Program-made: the position numbers and the translations under genes
Notes under the pieces: generated by a model
The model's input: the letters and a program-made list of their open reading frames with translations, nothing else
Databases searched by the model: none
Told to the model about the DNA's origin: nothing
Part shown: piece by piece, positions 31,303-41,739 of the stretch
Layout of the letters: every line of letters starts with the position of its first letter
Position numbering within the stretch: position 1 is the stretch's first letter
Assembly (NCBI GenBank): GCA_028280615.1
Contig: JANQLK010000001.1
Location: forward strand, 23,793-87,792
Direction of reading: 5' to 3'
From: Woeseiaceae bacterium
Lineage (GTDB): Bacteria; Pseudomonadota; Gammaproteobacteria; Steroidobacterales; Woeseiaceae
Length of the DNA: 64,000 bases

Positions 31303-31929
31303 TCAATGGTCCTTAAGCATCAGCAGGTCCGTGAGACGATCCGACGAGTGCGTCGATAACGCGCTCGCGCGCGCATCGGCCAAATCGATGCGGTTGTGCC
31401 AGTACACGGGCATGCCAACGGCTGCCGCACCGCAGACGTCGTAGGGCGAACCCGCGACGTACAGTGTTCGTCCGGGCGCCGCTTCGAGTTCGTCGATTGC
31501 CCGCGCGTAGATTCTCCGGTCGGGCTTGTAGAACCCGGCGCGTTCTGCGGTCATCACGATGGCGAATTCGACGCCCAGCTTGTCGGCTGCCCGATGGCCG
31601 AGGTCCTCGGCACAGTTCGTCACGATGCCCACGCGAGCCGTCTCCGCGAGCTTCGCGACGATGGGTGGCGCCTCCGGCCAGAACTCCAGGTCGTCCCAGC
31701 GCTCCTCGAGCGTGTCGGCAAGCGAAGCGGGCAAGCCTACGGCGGCGGCGGACGCGCCAACCAGGCCGAGATACGGCTCGTATCGCGCCGCGGCAGCGGC
31801 AGCCTCGAGGAAGCTCTGCCGCCACCGCCGCCCGAGCGCGGGGTCGCCGGCGAGCTCATCCCACAGCGACCATGAATCGACGAGAGCCGACAGCAGGTCG
31901 AACAGGACGGCATCGCAGCGCTGTTGCAT
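31303..31929 (-). CDS. HAD-superfamily hydrolase
   Basis: 208-aa ORF with the N-terminal DAVLFDLLSALVDSW motif, VGIVTNC and a late GSPYD motif. Confidence 0.6.
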   Translation of the reverse strand: MQQRCDAVLFDLLSALVDSWSLWDELAGDPALGRRWRQSFLEAAAAAARYEPYLGLVGASAAAVGLPASLADTLEERWDDLEFWPEAPPIVAKLAETARVGIVTNCAEDLGHRAADKLGVEFAIVMTAERAGFYKPDRRIYARAIDELEAAPGRTLYVAGSPYDVCGAAAVGMPVYWHNRIDLADARASALSTHSSDRLTDLLMLKDH

Positions 31930-31972
31930 GGCTTCTCGACAAATCGCGTTGAGCAGGGTCAGCCCGTCGGGT

Positions 31973-33103
31973 TCACGACGTAAACATGATCAGGATGCCC
32001 GCGGCGACGGCCGAACCGATCACGCCTGCGACGTTCGGACCCATCGCGTGCATGAGCAGGATGTTCTGCGGGTTTTCCTCCTGGCCGACCCTGTTCGCGA
32101 CGCGCGCGGCCATCGGCACGGCCGACACGCCGGCGGCGCCGATCAGCGGATTGATTGCCTGCCTGGACACCGCATTCATGAGCTTGGCCATGAGCACGCC
32201 GCAGCCCGTGCCGATCGCGAACGCAACCATGCCGAGCACGAGGATGAACAGCGTGCTCGGATCGAGGAACTGTTCGGCCTGAAGCTTCGAGCCGACGGCC
32301 AGGCCTAAGAAAATGGTCACGATGTTGATCAATGCGTTCTGGGTCGTGTCCGACAGCCGCTCGACGACGCCGCACTCGCGCATCAGGTTGCCGAACGCGA
32401 GCATGCCAATGAGCGGCGCGGCCGTAGGCAGCAGCAGGGCGACGAGCAGCAAGAGCATGATCGGAAACACGATCTTCTCGGCTTTCGATACGTGGCGCAG
32501 CTGGACCATGCGGATCTTGCGCTCGGCCTCGGTCGTCAGCGCGCGCATGATCGGCGGTTGGATCATCGGCACGAGCGCCATGTAGGAATACGCCGCAACG
32601 GCGATGGCGCCGAGCAGCTGCGGCGCGAGCTGACCGGCGACATAGATCGCCGTCGGCCCGTCGGCGCCGCCGATGATACCGATCGCCGCGGCGTCTTTGA
32701 GCGAGAATTCGGCCCAGCCGAGCTCGGTCATCGCGAGCGCGCCGAGCAGCGTCGCGAAGATGCCGAACTGCGCGGCGGCGCCCAGAAACAGCGTGCGCGG
32801 GTTGGCGAGCAGCGGCCCGAAATCGGTCATCGCGCCGACGCCCATGAAGATGATCAGCGGGAAGGCACCGGTCTCGATCCCGACCCTGTAGGTCAGGTGC
32901 AGGAGACCGTCACCTGTCGCGATCTCGACGCCCGGGATGTTGCTCAACAGGCCGCCGAAGCCGATCGTCACGAGCAGCAGCGGCTCGAACTTCCGGACGA
33001 TCCCCAAGTACAGCAGCAGCAGGCAGATGCCCAGCATGACGAGCTGGCCGACCTCGATCTGCCGAAGGCCGGACCCCTGCCAGATTTCCCCGACGAGCTC
33101 CAT
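31973..33103 (-). CDS. oadB: Na+-translocating oxaloacetate decarboxylase beta subunit
   Basis: 376-aa polytopic membrane ORF with [12 protein letters not shown], and operon context with the alpha and gamma subunits. Confidence 0.88.
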   Translation of the reverse strand: MELVGEIWQGSGLRQIEVGQLVMLGICLLLLYLGIVRKFEPLLLVTIGFGGLLSNIPGVEIATGDGLLHLTYRVGIETGAFPLIIFMGVGAMTDFGPLLANPRTLFLGAAAQFGIFATLLGALAMTELGWAEFSLKDAAAIGIIGGADGPTAIYVAGQLAPQLLGAIAVAAYSYMALVPMIQPPIMRALTTEAERKIRMVQLRHVSKAEKIVFPIMLLLLVALLLPTAAPLIGMLAFGNLMRECGVVERLSDTTQNALINIVTIFLGLAVGSKLQAEQFLDPSTLFILVLGMVAFAIGTGCGVLMAKLMNAVSRQAINPLIGAAGVSAVPMAARVANRVGQEENPQNILLMHAMGPNVAGVIGSAVAAGILIMFTS

Positions 33104-33108
33104 CGTCG

Positions 33109-34899
33109 TCAGGCGATGGCGACGAGCGGGTCGCCGACGGCGATGACGTCTCCCTCGCTGACGTGCACGGCGGCGACGCTTCCCGCTTTGGGTGCCGCGA
33201 CCGCGGTTTCCATTTTCATGGCCTCGACGATCAACAGCGTATCGCCCTCGGCGACGGTGTCGCCGGGCTTGACGTTGACCTTGAAGACGTTGCCCGCCAG
33301 CACGGCTTCGACGTTTTCGCCTTCACCCGCAGGCGCCGCGCCAGGGGCGGCCGGCGCGGCGGCGGGCTGGACGCTCGTGACCGCGCCCTCGGGCGCCACT
33401 TCGACCGTATAAGCCTTGCCGTTGACACGCACCGAGTAGGTCTCGGGCCCACGTGCCGGAGCCGCCCCGGCTGGCGCCGACGCGGCCGGAGCCGGATCGG
33501 GTTCGGAACCCGGCACGGGCTCGAAGGCATCCGGGTTGTCACGGTTCGCGAGGAATTTGAGGCCGATCTGCGGAAACAGCGCGTAGGTCAGCACGTCGTC
33601 AATGACATCGTTGGCGAGGCGAATGCCCTTCTCGCCCGCGATTCTCCTGAGCTCCTTGGTCTGGTGTTCGACCTCGGGCTCGAGCAGGTCGGCCGGACGC
33701 ACGGTGATCGGCTCATCGCCTTCGAGCACTCTGGCCTGCAGCTCGGCATTGACCGGCGTCGGTGTCGCGCCGTACTCGCCCTTGAGGATGCCGGCGGTCT
33801 CCTTCGAGATCGTGGCGTAGCGGCTGCCGGACAGGACGTTGATCACGGCCTGCGTGCCCACGATCTGCGAGGTGGGCGTCACGAGCGGTAGCATGCCTAA
33901 GTCTTCGCGCACCTTCGGAATCTCCTCGAGCACGGCGTCGAGCTTGTCGCTCGCGTTCTGCTCGCGCAGCTGGTTTTCGAGGTTGGTCAGCATGCCGCCC
34001 GGCACCTGGGCTACGAGAATGCGCGAGTCGACGCCCTGCAGGCTGCCCTCGAACTTTGCGTACTTTTTGCGGACGTCGCGGAAGTAGCCCGCAACTTCTT
34101 CGATGGGTTTGATATCGAGCCCGGTGTCGCGGCCGGTGCCTTCGAGTATGGCGACGAGCGTCTCGGTCGGCGAATGGCCGTAGGTCATGCTCATCGACGA
34201 CACGGCCGTGTCGATCCGGTCGACGCCCGCCTCGGCCGCCTTGACCTGGGTGGCGATCGACAGGCCCGTCGTCGCGTGGGCGTGCAGGTGGAGGTCGATG
34301 TCGACGGTTTCCTTGAGGCGACTGACGAGTTCGTAGGCGTCATAGGGCCTGAGCAGGCCGGCCATGTCCTTGATGCAAATCGAGTGTGCGCCCATGTCCT
34401 CGATGCGTTTGCCGAGGTCGACCCACAGGTCGATCGTATGCACGGGACTCACGGTGTAGGACATCGTGCCCTGGGCATGTTTGCCGACCTCGAGCGTGGC
34501 CTTGATCGCGGTCTCGAGATTGCGAAGATCGTTCAGCGCATCGAAAATCCGGAACACGTCCATGCCGTTGACCGCGGCGCGCTCGACGAACTTGTAGACG
34601 AGATCGTCCGCGTAGTGGCGATAGCCCAGGATGTTCTGGCCCCGGAACAGCATCTGCATCGGCGTGTTCGGCATCGCGGCCTTGAGCCTGCGGAGCCGCT
34701 CCCACGGGTCTTCTCCGAGGTAGCGGATGCAGGCATCGAACGTCGCTCCGCCCCAGGTCTCGAGCGACCAGAAGCCGACCCTGTCGAGCTGTTCCGCGAT
34801 CGGCAGCATGTCGTCGATACGCAATCGGGTCGCGAACAGGCTCTGGTGGGCGTCGCGCAGGGCTAACTCGGTAATGCCGAGCGGCTTGTTTTCACTCAT
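33109..34899 (-). CDS. oadA: Oxaloacetate decarboxylase alpha subunit (carboxyltransferase + biotinyl carrier)
   Basis: 596-aa ORF with [17 protein letters not shown], the Ala/Pro linker, and the biotinylation motif EAMKMET. Confidence 0.92.
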   Translation of the reverse strand: MSENKPLGITELALRDAHQSLFATRLRIDDMLPIAEQLDRVGFWSLETWGGATFDACIRYLGEDPWERLRRLKAAMPNTPMQMLFRGQNILGYRHYADDLVYKFVERAAVNGMDVFRIFDALNDLRNLETAIKATLEVGKHAQGTMSYTVSPVHTIDLWVDLGKRIEDMGAHSICIKDMAGLLRPYDAYELVSRLKETVDIDLHLHAHATTGLSIATQVKAAEAGVDRIDTAVSSMSMTYGHSPTETLVAILEGTGRDTGLDIKPIEEVAGYFRDVRKKYAKFEGSLQGVDSRILVAQVPGGMLTNLENQLREQNASDKLDAVLEEIPKVREDLGMLPLVTPTSQIVGTQAVINVLSGSRYATISKETAGILKGEYGATPTPVNAELQARVLEGDEPITVRPADLLEPEVEHQTKELRRIAGEKGIRLANDVIDDVLTYALFPQIGLKFLANRDNPDAFEPVPGSEPDPAPAASAPAGAAPARGPETYSVRVNGKAYTVEVAPEGAVTSVQPAAAPAAPGAAPAGEGENVEAVLAGNVFKVNVKPGDTVAEGDTLLIVEAMKMETAVAAPKAGSVAAVHVSEGDVIAVGDPLVAIA

Positions 34900-34960
34900 G
34901 ATGGGGTCGCTTGATCGTTTGCGTATTGAGAGTCGGTTTCGAATCGCTGCCCGGCGGGCG

Positions 34961-35164
34961 TCAGCTACCGCGACGATAGGCGTCGATGGCCATTGCGATT
35001 GCAGCCACCTCCGCGTCGTCGATGCCGTCTTTCGGCGGGGCGGGACGATACACCAGGCGGGACATCAGGGACATGGCGAGCACCAGCGCCGTCAGAAAGA
35101 CGAACACTGTCCCCATACCGGCCAGCATCAGTGTCAGGCCCTCGGCCAGAAGATTGGATTGCAT
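34961..35164 (-). CDS. oadG: Oxaloacetate decarboxylase gamma subunit
   Basis: 67-aa single-[24 protein letters not shown], positioned directly upstream of oadA. Confidence 0.8.
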   Translation of the reverse strand: MQSNLLAEGLTLMLAGMGTVFVFLTALVLAMSLMSRLVYRPAPPKDGIDDAEVAAIAMAIDAYRRGS

Positions 35165-35351
35165 CGGTTGAACCGCAGGTCGCGACGTGGGGCGGGATTA
35201 TACGCAAACGCGGCGAAAATATATTCTGCGACGGCTTCCCGCAGCCTGCCCGAATGATCTACGCCGCACGGCTTGCCGAATCAAAACCCGGTAAACTTCC
35301 GCCGATCCGGCTCACTGTCCGTCAATCCAGCCCGTCCCGACGCCAAGCACG

Positions 35352-36959
35352 ATGATGTTTCGCTCAAAGGCAATGCTCCTGCCGCTGTGGCTCGCCGCCG
35401 CCGCGGCGGTCGCCGACGACGACCCGGAAGCGATCCCGGCCGATGCGCGGGTCGGCAGAGTCGTACTCGCCCGCGACAACGTGTTCGACCTGAGCGACCC
35501 CGAGACGGACGGTACTTTTTATCGATTTTTCAATCACTTTCATATCGTCACGCGCGAAGGCACGATCGAAAAGCAGCTCCTGTTCGCGCCCGGCGAGCGG
35601 TTCGACCCGCGGTTGCTCGAGGAGAGCGAGCGCGTTCTGCGGCGCAACAAGTATTTCTTCGACGCCGCGATCACTCCGGCGCTCAACGACGCGGGCGAGG
35701 TGGACGTCACGGTCAACACGCGCGATGTCTGGACCCTGGTACCCGAAGTCCAGCTGACCCGCAGCGGCGGCGAAAACACGACCGTGCTCGGCGTCGAGGA
35801 ATCGAATCTGTTCGGCTACGGCCACCGGGTGCTACTCACCTGGAGCGAGAACGTCGATCGGCGGTCGACGGCGTTCGAGTACAGCAATCCGCAAATCGGC
35901 ACGAGCTGGTTTCGCACCCGGCTCCGGGTCGCGGACAATTCCGACGGCGACACACTGCTATTCAACCTGGTCAAGCCGTTTCACGTGCTGGACGCGCGCC
36001 GCGCGGGCGGTTTCACGGTGTTCGAGAACGATCGCCGCCAGGCGCTCTACAACCTAGGCGAGGAGGCCGCCGAGTACCGCCAGGACCGGCGCCGGTTCTC
36101 TGCCTTCGCAGGCCTGTCGAAGGGCCTCACGGGCGGCTGGGTGCGACGCTGGACGGCCGGCGTCGTGTACGACGACAACGATTTCTCGGACGTGCCTGAA
36201 CCGATCCTGCCGCAGGCGATCCCTGCTGACCGGCGGCTCGTGTACCCGTTCCTGGGCGTGGAGTTGCTCGAGGACAGGTTCCAGAAGTCGGCGAACCGCA
36301 ACCAGATGGAGCGCTCCGAGGATTTCTACATGGGCACTCGGCTGTCGGCCACGCTCGGCTGGTCCGACACGAGTTTCGATGCCGACCGCGATGCCCTCGT
36401 CTACTCACTGTCGGGCAACCTGGGCTTCGGCACGCTGGACAAGCGAGCGCTGCTCCTGTCCGCTGTCGCGAGCGGCCGCCACGAAGACGAAGGCGCAGCC
36501 AACGCAACGCTGTCCGTGGACGCCCGCTACTATTCGAGCAACACCGACAAGCAGCTGTTTTTCGCGGTGCTGAACGCAACCGTCGGCGATAACCTCGACC
36601 TCGACAACCCGCTCGAGATCGGCGGCGACACGGGCCTGCGCGGCTATCCGCTGCGCTACCAGTCGGGCGATAGCCGCCTGTTGCTGACGCTCGAGCAGCG
36701 TTACTTCACGGACTGGTACCCGTTCAGCCTGTTTCGGGTCGGCGGCGCCGTGTTCCTCGACACCGGCCGGGTGTGGGGACGGGACCCGCTTGGCGGACCG
36801 AACCTCGGCTGGCTGACCGATCTGGGCTTCGGCTTCCGTTTCGCCCCGACGCGGCTCGGCACGCGCAAGATCGTTCACCTGGATATCGCGTTCCCGCTCG
36901 ACGGCGACCCGACGATTGACAGCGTCCAGGTACTACTGGAGCTGAAACAGAGCTTCTGA
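35352..36959 (+). CDS. Omp85/BamA-TamA-family outer-membrane protein (POTRA + surface-antigen barrel)
   Basis: 535-aa ORF with a signal peptide, a POTRA-like N-terminus (REGTIEKQLLFAPGERFDPRLLEESERVLR), GLRGYP, and a C-terminal aromatic residue (...LLELKQSF). Confidence 0.7.
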   Translation: MMFRSKAMLLPLWLAAAAAVADDDPEAIPADARVGRVVLARDNVFDLSDPETDGTFYRFFNHFHIVTREGTIEKQLLFAPGERFDPRLLEESERVLRRNKYFFDAAITPALNDAGEVDVTVNTRDVWTLVPEVQLTRSGGENTTVLGVEESNLFGYGHRVLLTWSENVDRRSTAFEYSNPQIGTSWFRTRLRVADNSDGDTLLFNLVKPFHVLDARRAGGFTVFENDRRQALYNLGEEAAEYRQDRRRFSAFAGLSKGLTGGWVRRWTAGVVYDDNDFSDVPEPILPQAIPADRRLVYPFLGVELLEDRFQKSANRNQMERSEDFYMGTRLSATLGWSDTSFDADRDALVYSLSGNLGFGTLDKRALLLSAVASGRHEDEGAANATLSVDARYYSSNTDKQLFFAVLNATVGDNLDLDNPLEIGGDTGLRGYPLRYQSGDSRLLLTLEQRYFTDWYPFSLFRVGGAVFLDTGRVWGRDPLGGPNLGWLTDLGFGFRFAPTRLGTRKIVHLDIAFPLDGDPTIDSVQVLLELKQSF

Positions 36960-36974
36960 GCGGCGAGTCGCTGC

Positions 36975-38177
36975 CTAGATCGTGCCGTCGCGCCTGAGCT
37001 TATCGAGCTCCGCGTCCTCAAGCCCCAGGAGTTCGCCGTAGACCTCGCGATTGTGTGCGCCGAGCTGCCACGACCCCGTCCAGCGGACCTCGCCCTGGGT
37101 CTTCGACATGCGCGGGAAGACACCGTGCATTTTGAGGCTCGGGAATTCCTCGGTAGGTGTATCGACGATCGCCTCGCGTGCCGCGAAGTGTTCGTCGGCA
37201 AGGATGTCCGGGACGCGGTTGATCCGGCCCGCCGGCACCCCGGCCCGCTGCATGATCGCGTCTACCTCGTCGACGCTTCTCTCGCGGGTCCACGCCGAGA
37301 TGATCTCGTCGATGGCCTGCATGTTCTCGCCGCGCGCGGCGTGACTCGAGAAGCGCTCGTCCGCGGCGAGTGCGGGCTGCCCCATCGCGTCGACGAGCCG
37401 CTTGAACACGCTGTCCTGGTTGGCGGCGATCAGGTACAGGCCGTCCTTGCACGGGTACAGGTTCGATGGCGAGATGCTCGGTAGGATCGCGCCCGAACGC
37501 TCGCGAACGTAGCCGTCGACCGTGTACTCGGGAATTGCCGACTCCATGACGTTCAGGACCGACTCGACGATCGATGCGTCGATGACCTGGCCCTCGCCCG
37601 TGCGATCACGGTGATGCAACGCCGCGAGCGCCGCGTTGCAGGCGAAGGTCGCGGCCAGCGTGTCGCCGATCGACAGTCCCGTGCGGCTCGGCGGCCGGTC
37701 CGGCTCGCCGCACAGATGGCGCATTCCACCGACCGCCTCGCCCACCGCGGCGTAGCCCGCGCGACCCGCATAGGGCCCGGTCTGCCCGTAGCCGGATACG
37801 CGGATCATGATCAGTCCTTCGTGATCGCGGCTCAGTTCGTCGTAGCTCATGCCCCAGCGCTCCATCGTGCCGGGCCGGAAGTTCTCGAGCAGCATGTCGG
37901 ACTTCGCGACGAGCCGTTTGACCAGCGACTGACCTTCCGGCGTACGCAGGTCTGCCGTCACGAGCCGCTTGTTGCGCGCCGCGACGGGCCACGCGACCGG
38001 GCTGCCGCCGCGGCCCCAGGCACGCAGCGGGTCGCCATGAACGGGCTCTTCGACCTTGATGACGTCGGCGCCCATGTCGGCGAGCAGCTGGCCACAATAG
38101 GGTCCCGCGATGATCTGGCCGAGTTCGATGACGCGAACGTCCGTCAGTGGGCCCTTGCGCTCGGCAGTGCTGCTCAT
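36975..38177 (-). CDS. Family III CoA-transferase (CaiB/BaiF)
   Basis: I place the start at the internal ATG 38177, MSSTAERKGPLTDVRVIELGQIIAGPYCGQLLADMGADVIKVE, giving about 400 aa. Confidence 0.85.
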   Translation of the reverse strand: MSSTAERKGPLTDVRVIELGQIIAGPYCGQLLADMGADVIKVEEPVHGDPLRAWGRGGSPVAWPVAARNKRLVTADLRTPEGQSLVKRLVAKSDMLLENFRPGTMERWGMSYDELSRDHEGLIMIRVSGYGQTGPYAGRAGYAAVGEAVGGMRHLCGEPDRPPSRTGLSIGDTLAATFACNAALAALHHRDRTGEGQVIDASIVESVLNVMESAIPEYTVDGYVRERSGAILPSISPSNLYPCKDGLYLIAANQDSVFKRLVDAMGQPALAADERFSSHAARGENMQAIDEIISAWTRERSVDEVDAIMQRAGVPAGRINRVPDILADEHFAAREAIVDTPTEEFPSLKMHGVFPRMSKTQGEVRWTGSWQLGAHNREVYGELLGLEDAELDKLRRDGTI

Positions 38178-38959
38178 GGGATTCGATCGATGCGACGCCA
38201 GTTGCGCGTCGGTGACCGCCGCTGCCGCCAGCCGTGATAGGGATGCCGGTCCAGCAGCCTGCGATCGCGAAACAGCAGTACGAGGATCGCACCGGCCAGG
38301 AATCCGCCGACGTGCGCCCAGAAAGCGACGCCGCCGCCGGTCGCACCGATCGAGCCTACGCCACCCAGGAGCTGCAGGACGATCCAGTAGCCGAGCATCA
38401 CGACGGCCGGCACGGCGAATGTCGTTACGAATAAGCCCAGGAACAACAGCATGTGCACGTGCACGCGCGGGTAGAGGACGATGTAGGCGCCCATGACCCC
38501 GCCGATGGCGCCCGACGCCCCGACCATCGGGATTGCCGACTCGGGATTGAAGGCGAGCTGCAGGAAAGCCGCCGCGAGGCCGCAAACCAGGTAGAAAACC
38601 GCGAAGCGAACGTGGCCCATCGAGTCCTCGACGTTATTGCCGAAGATCCACAGGAACCACAGGTTGCCGATCAGGTGAAACCAGCCGCCGTGCAGGAACA
38701 TCGAGCTGAACACGGTCGGCCAGGCAGCGCCCGAACTCAAGGGGCAGTACAGGCCCGGCGCAAGTTGCACGCGGCTGCCGGCCGGCAAGGCGCCGACGAG
38801 TTCCCCGGGAATGAAGCCGAGCTGGCAGATCGACGCAGACAGCCGCGGCTCCGCGCCCATGCCCTGCACGACGACCCACGCGAATACATTGACAGCAATG
38901 ATCGCGATTGTCGTGATCGGCGTAAGGAAGGTCGGGTTGTCGTCGCGAATCGGGAACAT
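38174..38959 (-). CDS. Rhomboid-family intramembrane serine protease
   Basis: I place the start at the internal ATG 38959, MFPIRDDNPT. Motifs are HGGWFHLIGNLWFLWIFG and GASGAIGGVMGAY. It shows an ATGA overlap with the CoA-transferase start. Confidence 0.85.
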   Translation of the reverse strand: MFPIRDDNPTFLTPITTIAIIAVNVFAWVVVQGMGAEPRLSASICQLGFIPGELVGALPAGSRVQLAPGLYCPLSSGAAWPTVFSSMFLHGGWFHLIGNLWFLWIFGNNVEDSMGHVRFAVFYLVCGLAAAFLQLAFNPESAIPMVGASGAIGGVMGAYIVLYPRVHVHMLLFLGLFVTTFAVPAVVMLGYWIVLQLLGGVGSIGATGGGVAFWAHVGGFLAGAILVLLFRDRRLLDRHPYHGWRQRRSPTRNWRRIDRIP

Positions 38960-39008
38960 TCGAACTATTCTGCCGGAATACGGACTAAAAATGACCGGGG
39001 GAATAATA

Positions 39009-40865
39009 ATGACGAAGCATCTTCGGGTACTGGCCTGCCTGTTCCTGTGCGCCTGCGGGAGCAGCGGCGGGGACAATAGCGGCGGAGGCAACGGCACCGG
39101 CAATCCACCTCCGGCGGCTACGCCGCCGGTCCGCGATACGGCCGCGGTCGAAGCGTTCAGCAGTAGCATCAGCGACCTGCCGATCGACGAATACTATGAG
39201 GCAGCCTACCTGGGCCTGATCTCGCGCACGCCGCAGGACATCGTCTGGCTCGGGCTCGAGGAGGAGGCAGACATTGCCGACGACGCGCTCAACAGCCTGG
39301 CCGAAGGCTACCTCCTCGATACGACCGAGATGTTCGGCATTGCTCTCGACGTACTCAGGGCCTACGACCGCGATGCGCTCGACGCGAGTGCCAGAATCGA
39401 TTACGACGTCTTCGAGTGGTACCTGAGCGACGAAATCGAGCGCGCGAGTTTCCCCGCTTTCGGTTTTCCCGCCACCTACGGCAATTTCGGAGTGCCCACG
39501 CGCCTGCAACGATTCTTCACCGATATTCATCCGCTGGATACGGCGGCAGACGCCGAGGCCTGGATCGCGCGCCTGGCAGAGGTCGACCGACAGCTCGACG
39601 AACTCGCAGGCCTCCTGCGGCGGCAGGCGGACGCCGGCGTCATCGAGCCGCGCGTCACGTTCGAGTTTTCCGCCAACCAGCTCAGCCAGCTGCTCACCGG
39701 CACGCCGCTCGACTCGCCGTACGTCACGGCGTTCAGCGACCGCATCGCGGACATCGCCGAGCTCGATGACGCCGGCCGGACCGACCTGATCGAGCGTGTC
39801 ACCGACCTAGTCACCAGCGAAGTGCTGCCCGCCTACCAACGGCTGGTCGACACGATGAACGAACTGTTGCCGAGGGCTTCCTCGTCGATCGGCGTCAGCC
39901 AGTTCGCGAACGGCGATGCCTACTACGCCTACGAACTCCGCCACCACACGACCACGAACCTGACGCCGGTCGAAGTGCACGAAATCGGGCTCGCCGAACT
40001 CGATCGCATCCGGGCGGAGATGAGCGTGCTGTTCGACGAACTCAACTACCCGCAGAACGAAACCCTGTTCGAACTCTTCGAGCGGGTCGCGGACGACGGC
40101 GGAACGGTATCGGCCGCCGACGGGCTCGCTACGTTCGAGAGCATCATCGCGAGTGCCGAAGCCATGCTCACGGACGGTTTCGACATCGCGCCGTCGACGC
40201 CCGTCGTCGTAACACCGGACCCCTTCGGTGGCTTCTACATCGGCCCGTCTTTGGACGGCTCGCGGCCCGGCGCGTTTTACGCAGGCACCGAGATCAGTCA
40301 GCCCTACTACCTGATGCCGTCGTTGACCTACCACGAGGCTCTTCCGGGCCATCACATGCAAATCGGTATCGCAGCCGACCAGGACGTGCCGACGTTCCGC
40401 AAGGTGGTCCGCAGCACCGGCTACGTCGAGGGTTGGGCGCTGTATGCGGAGCGCCTGGCCGCGGAACTGGGCTGGTACGACAACGATATCTACGGCGATC
40501 TCGGCCGCCTGCAGTACGAGGCGCTCCGGGCCGCGAGGCTCGTGCTCGATACGGGCATCCATTCCTCGGAGTACGACTTCAGCTTCGACCGGGCCGTCCA
40601 GTTCAACAATCAGAGTACCGGTTTCTCCATCAACTCGTCGCAGGGTGCGGCGGCGCGCTACAGCATCTCGCCGGGGCAGGCCTCGGGTTACCTGATCGGC
40701 ATGCTGCGTATCCTCGAAGAGCGCGAGCGGGCACGGACGGCCCTCGGCAGCGACTTCAGCCTCATAGCCTTTCATCGCGCCGTGCTGACGGCGGGCAGCG
40801 TGCCGCTCGACGTATTGCCAACCGTGGTCGATGCCTATATCGCCGAGGTTCAGGGCGGGGGCTAG
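39009..40865 (+). CDS. DUF885-family lipoprotein (putative metallopeptidase-like)
   Basis: I place the start at ATG 39009, MTKHLRVLACLFLCACGSS (lipobox). It has the DUF885-type motif YHEALPGHHMQ. Confidence 0.75.
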   Translation: MTKHLRVLACLFLCACGSSGGDNSGGGNGTGNPPPAATPPVRDTAAVEAFSSSISDLPIDEYYEAAYLGLISRTPQDIVWLGLEEEADIADDALNSLAEGYLLDTTEMFGIALDVLRAYDRDALDASARIDYDVFEWYLSDEIERASFPAFGFPATYGNFGVPTRLQRFFTDIHPLDTAADAEAWIARLAEVDRQLDELAGLLRRQADAGVIEPRVTFEFSANQLSQLLTGTPLDSPYVTAFSDRIADIAELDDAGRTDLIERVTDLVTSEVLPAYQRLVDTMNELLPRASSSIGVSQFANGDAYYAYELRHHTTTNLTPVEVHEIGLAELDRIRAEMSVLFDELNYPQNETLFELFERVADDGGTVSAADGLATFESIIASAEAMLTDGFDIAPSTPVVVTPDPFGGFYIGPSLDGSRPGAFYAGTEISQPYYLMPSLTYHEALPGHHMQIGIAADQDVPTFRKVVRSTGYVEGWALYAERLAAELGWYDNDIYGDLGRLQYEALRAARLVLDTGIHSSEYDFSFDRAVQFNNQSTGFSINSSQGAAARYSISPGQASGYLIGMLRILEERERARTALGSDFSLIAFHRAVLTAGSVPLDVLPTVVDAYIAEVQGGG

Positions 40866-41037
40866 TGGGCCGCCCGGAGGGGCGACTCAGGTGTCCGCGC
40901 GCGTTTCTCCGAAGCCTCAGTTCGGCGATTTCTGGTCTATCCGCACTTTCCGATACGCGTTCTCGCATCACGCAATTGCCGCCCCCGGGCGGCGGCGTTA
41001 CCGTGCCTGCCGACTTCGCCTATTGGGACATTGTTCA

Positions 41038-41634
41038 ATGAAAAAACTAGCCTTCACGAGCCTCGTGCTCGCCATCGCGGCCGGCCCCGCCATCGGCGCC
41101 GAAGCCGGTGACTGGACGTTCCGCGCGGGCCCCTACCTCGTCTCGCCGAAATCGGATAACAGTGACGTCGTCTCGGTCGATGACGGCGCGAGCCTGGGCT
41201 TCACGATCAGCTACAACTACAGCGACAACTGGGCAATCGAGTTGCTGGCGGCGACGCCGTTCAGTCACGACATCGACCTGGTCGGCGGCGGCAAGGTGGG
41301 TGAGACCAAACACCTGCCCCCGACGCTGTCGGTGCAGTACCACTGGGTCAACCAGACAGCCTTCAGCCCGTACGTCGGCATCGGCCTGAACTACACGACT
41401 TTCTTCGACGAAAGCACCGAGGGCGCGCTGGCTGGCTCGAACCTGAGCCTCGACGACTCGTTCGGTTTCGCAAGCCAGCTCGGCGCGAACTTCCGGCTGA
41501 ACGACCGCTGGGACCTCAATATCGACATTCGCTGGATCAACATCGAAACCGATGCGACGCTCGATGGCGCCGATCTAGGCACGGTCGAGATCGATCCGGT
41601 CGTCGGAGGCATCAACCTGGGTTACCGGTTCTAG
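41038..41634 (+). CDS. ompW: Outer-membrane protein OmpW
   Basis: I place the start at ATG 41038, MKKLAFTSLVLAIAAGPAIGAEAGDW. It has LAATPFSHDI, PYVGIGLNYTTFF and the C-terminal GINLGYRF. Confidence 0.9.
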   Translation: MKKLAFTSLVLAIAAGPAIGAEAGDWTFRAGPYLVSPKSDNSDVVSVDDGASLGFTISYNYSDNWAIELLAATPFSHDIDLVGGGKVGETKHLPPTLSVQYHWVNQTAFSPYVGIGLNYTTFFDESTEGALAGSNLSLDDSFGFASQLGANFRLNDRWDLNIDIRWINIETDATLDGADLGTVEIDPVVGGINLGYRF

Positions 41635-41662
41635 CCGCAACCGGATCCGGTCCTGCCCACAG

Positions 41663-41699
41663 AAGGCCGCGCCTCTCACGAGGCGCCGCCTTTTGATTT
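41663..41699 (+). terminator. Candidate Rho-independent terminator downstream of ompW
   Basis: aaggccgcgcctc-tcac-gaggcgccgcctt forms a 13-bp stem with one mismatch, followed by ttgattt. Confidence 0.6.
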
Positions 41700-41739
41700 G
41701 TGATGAAATACCGGCCCCCCGGCAGAGGATTCATCGCGC

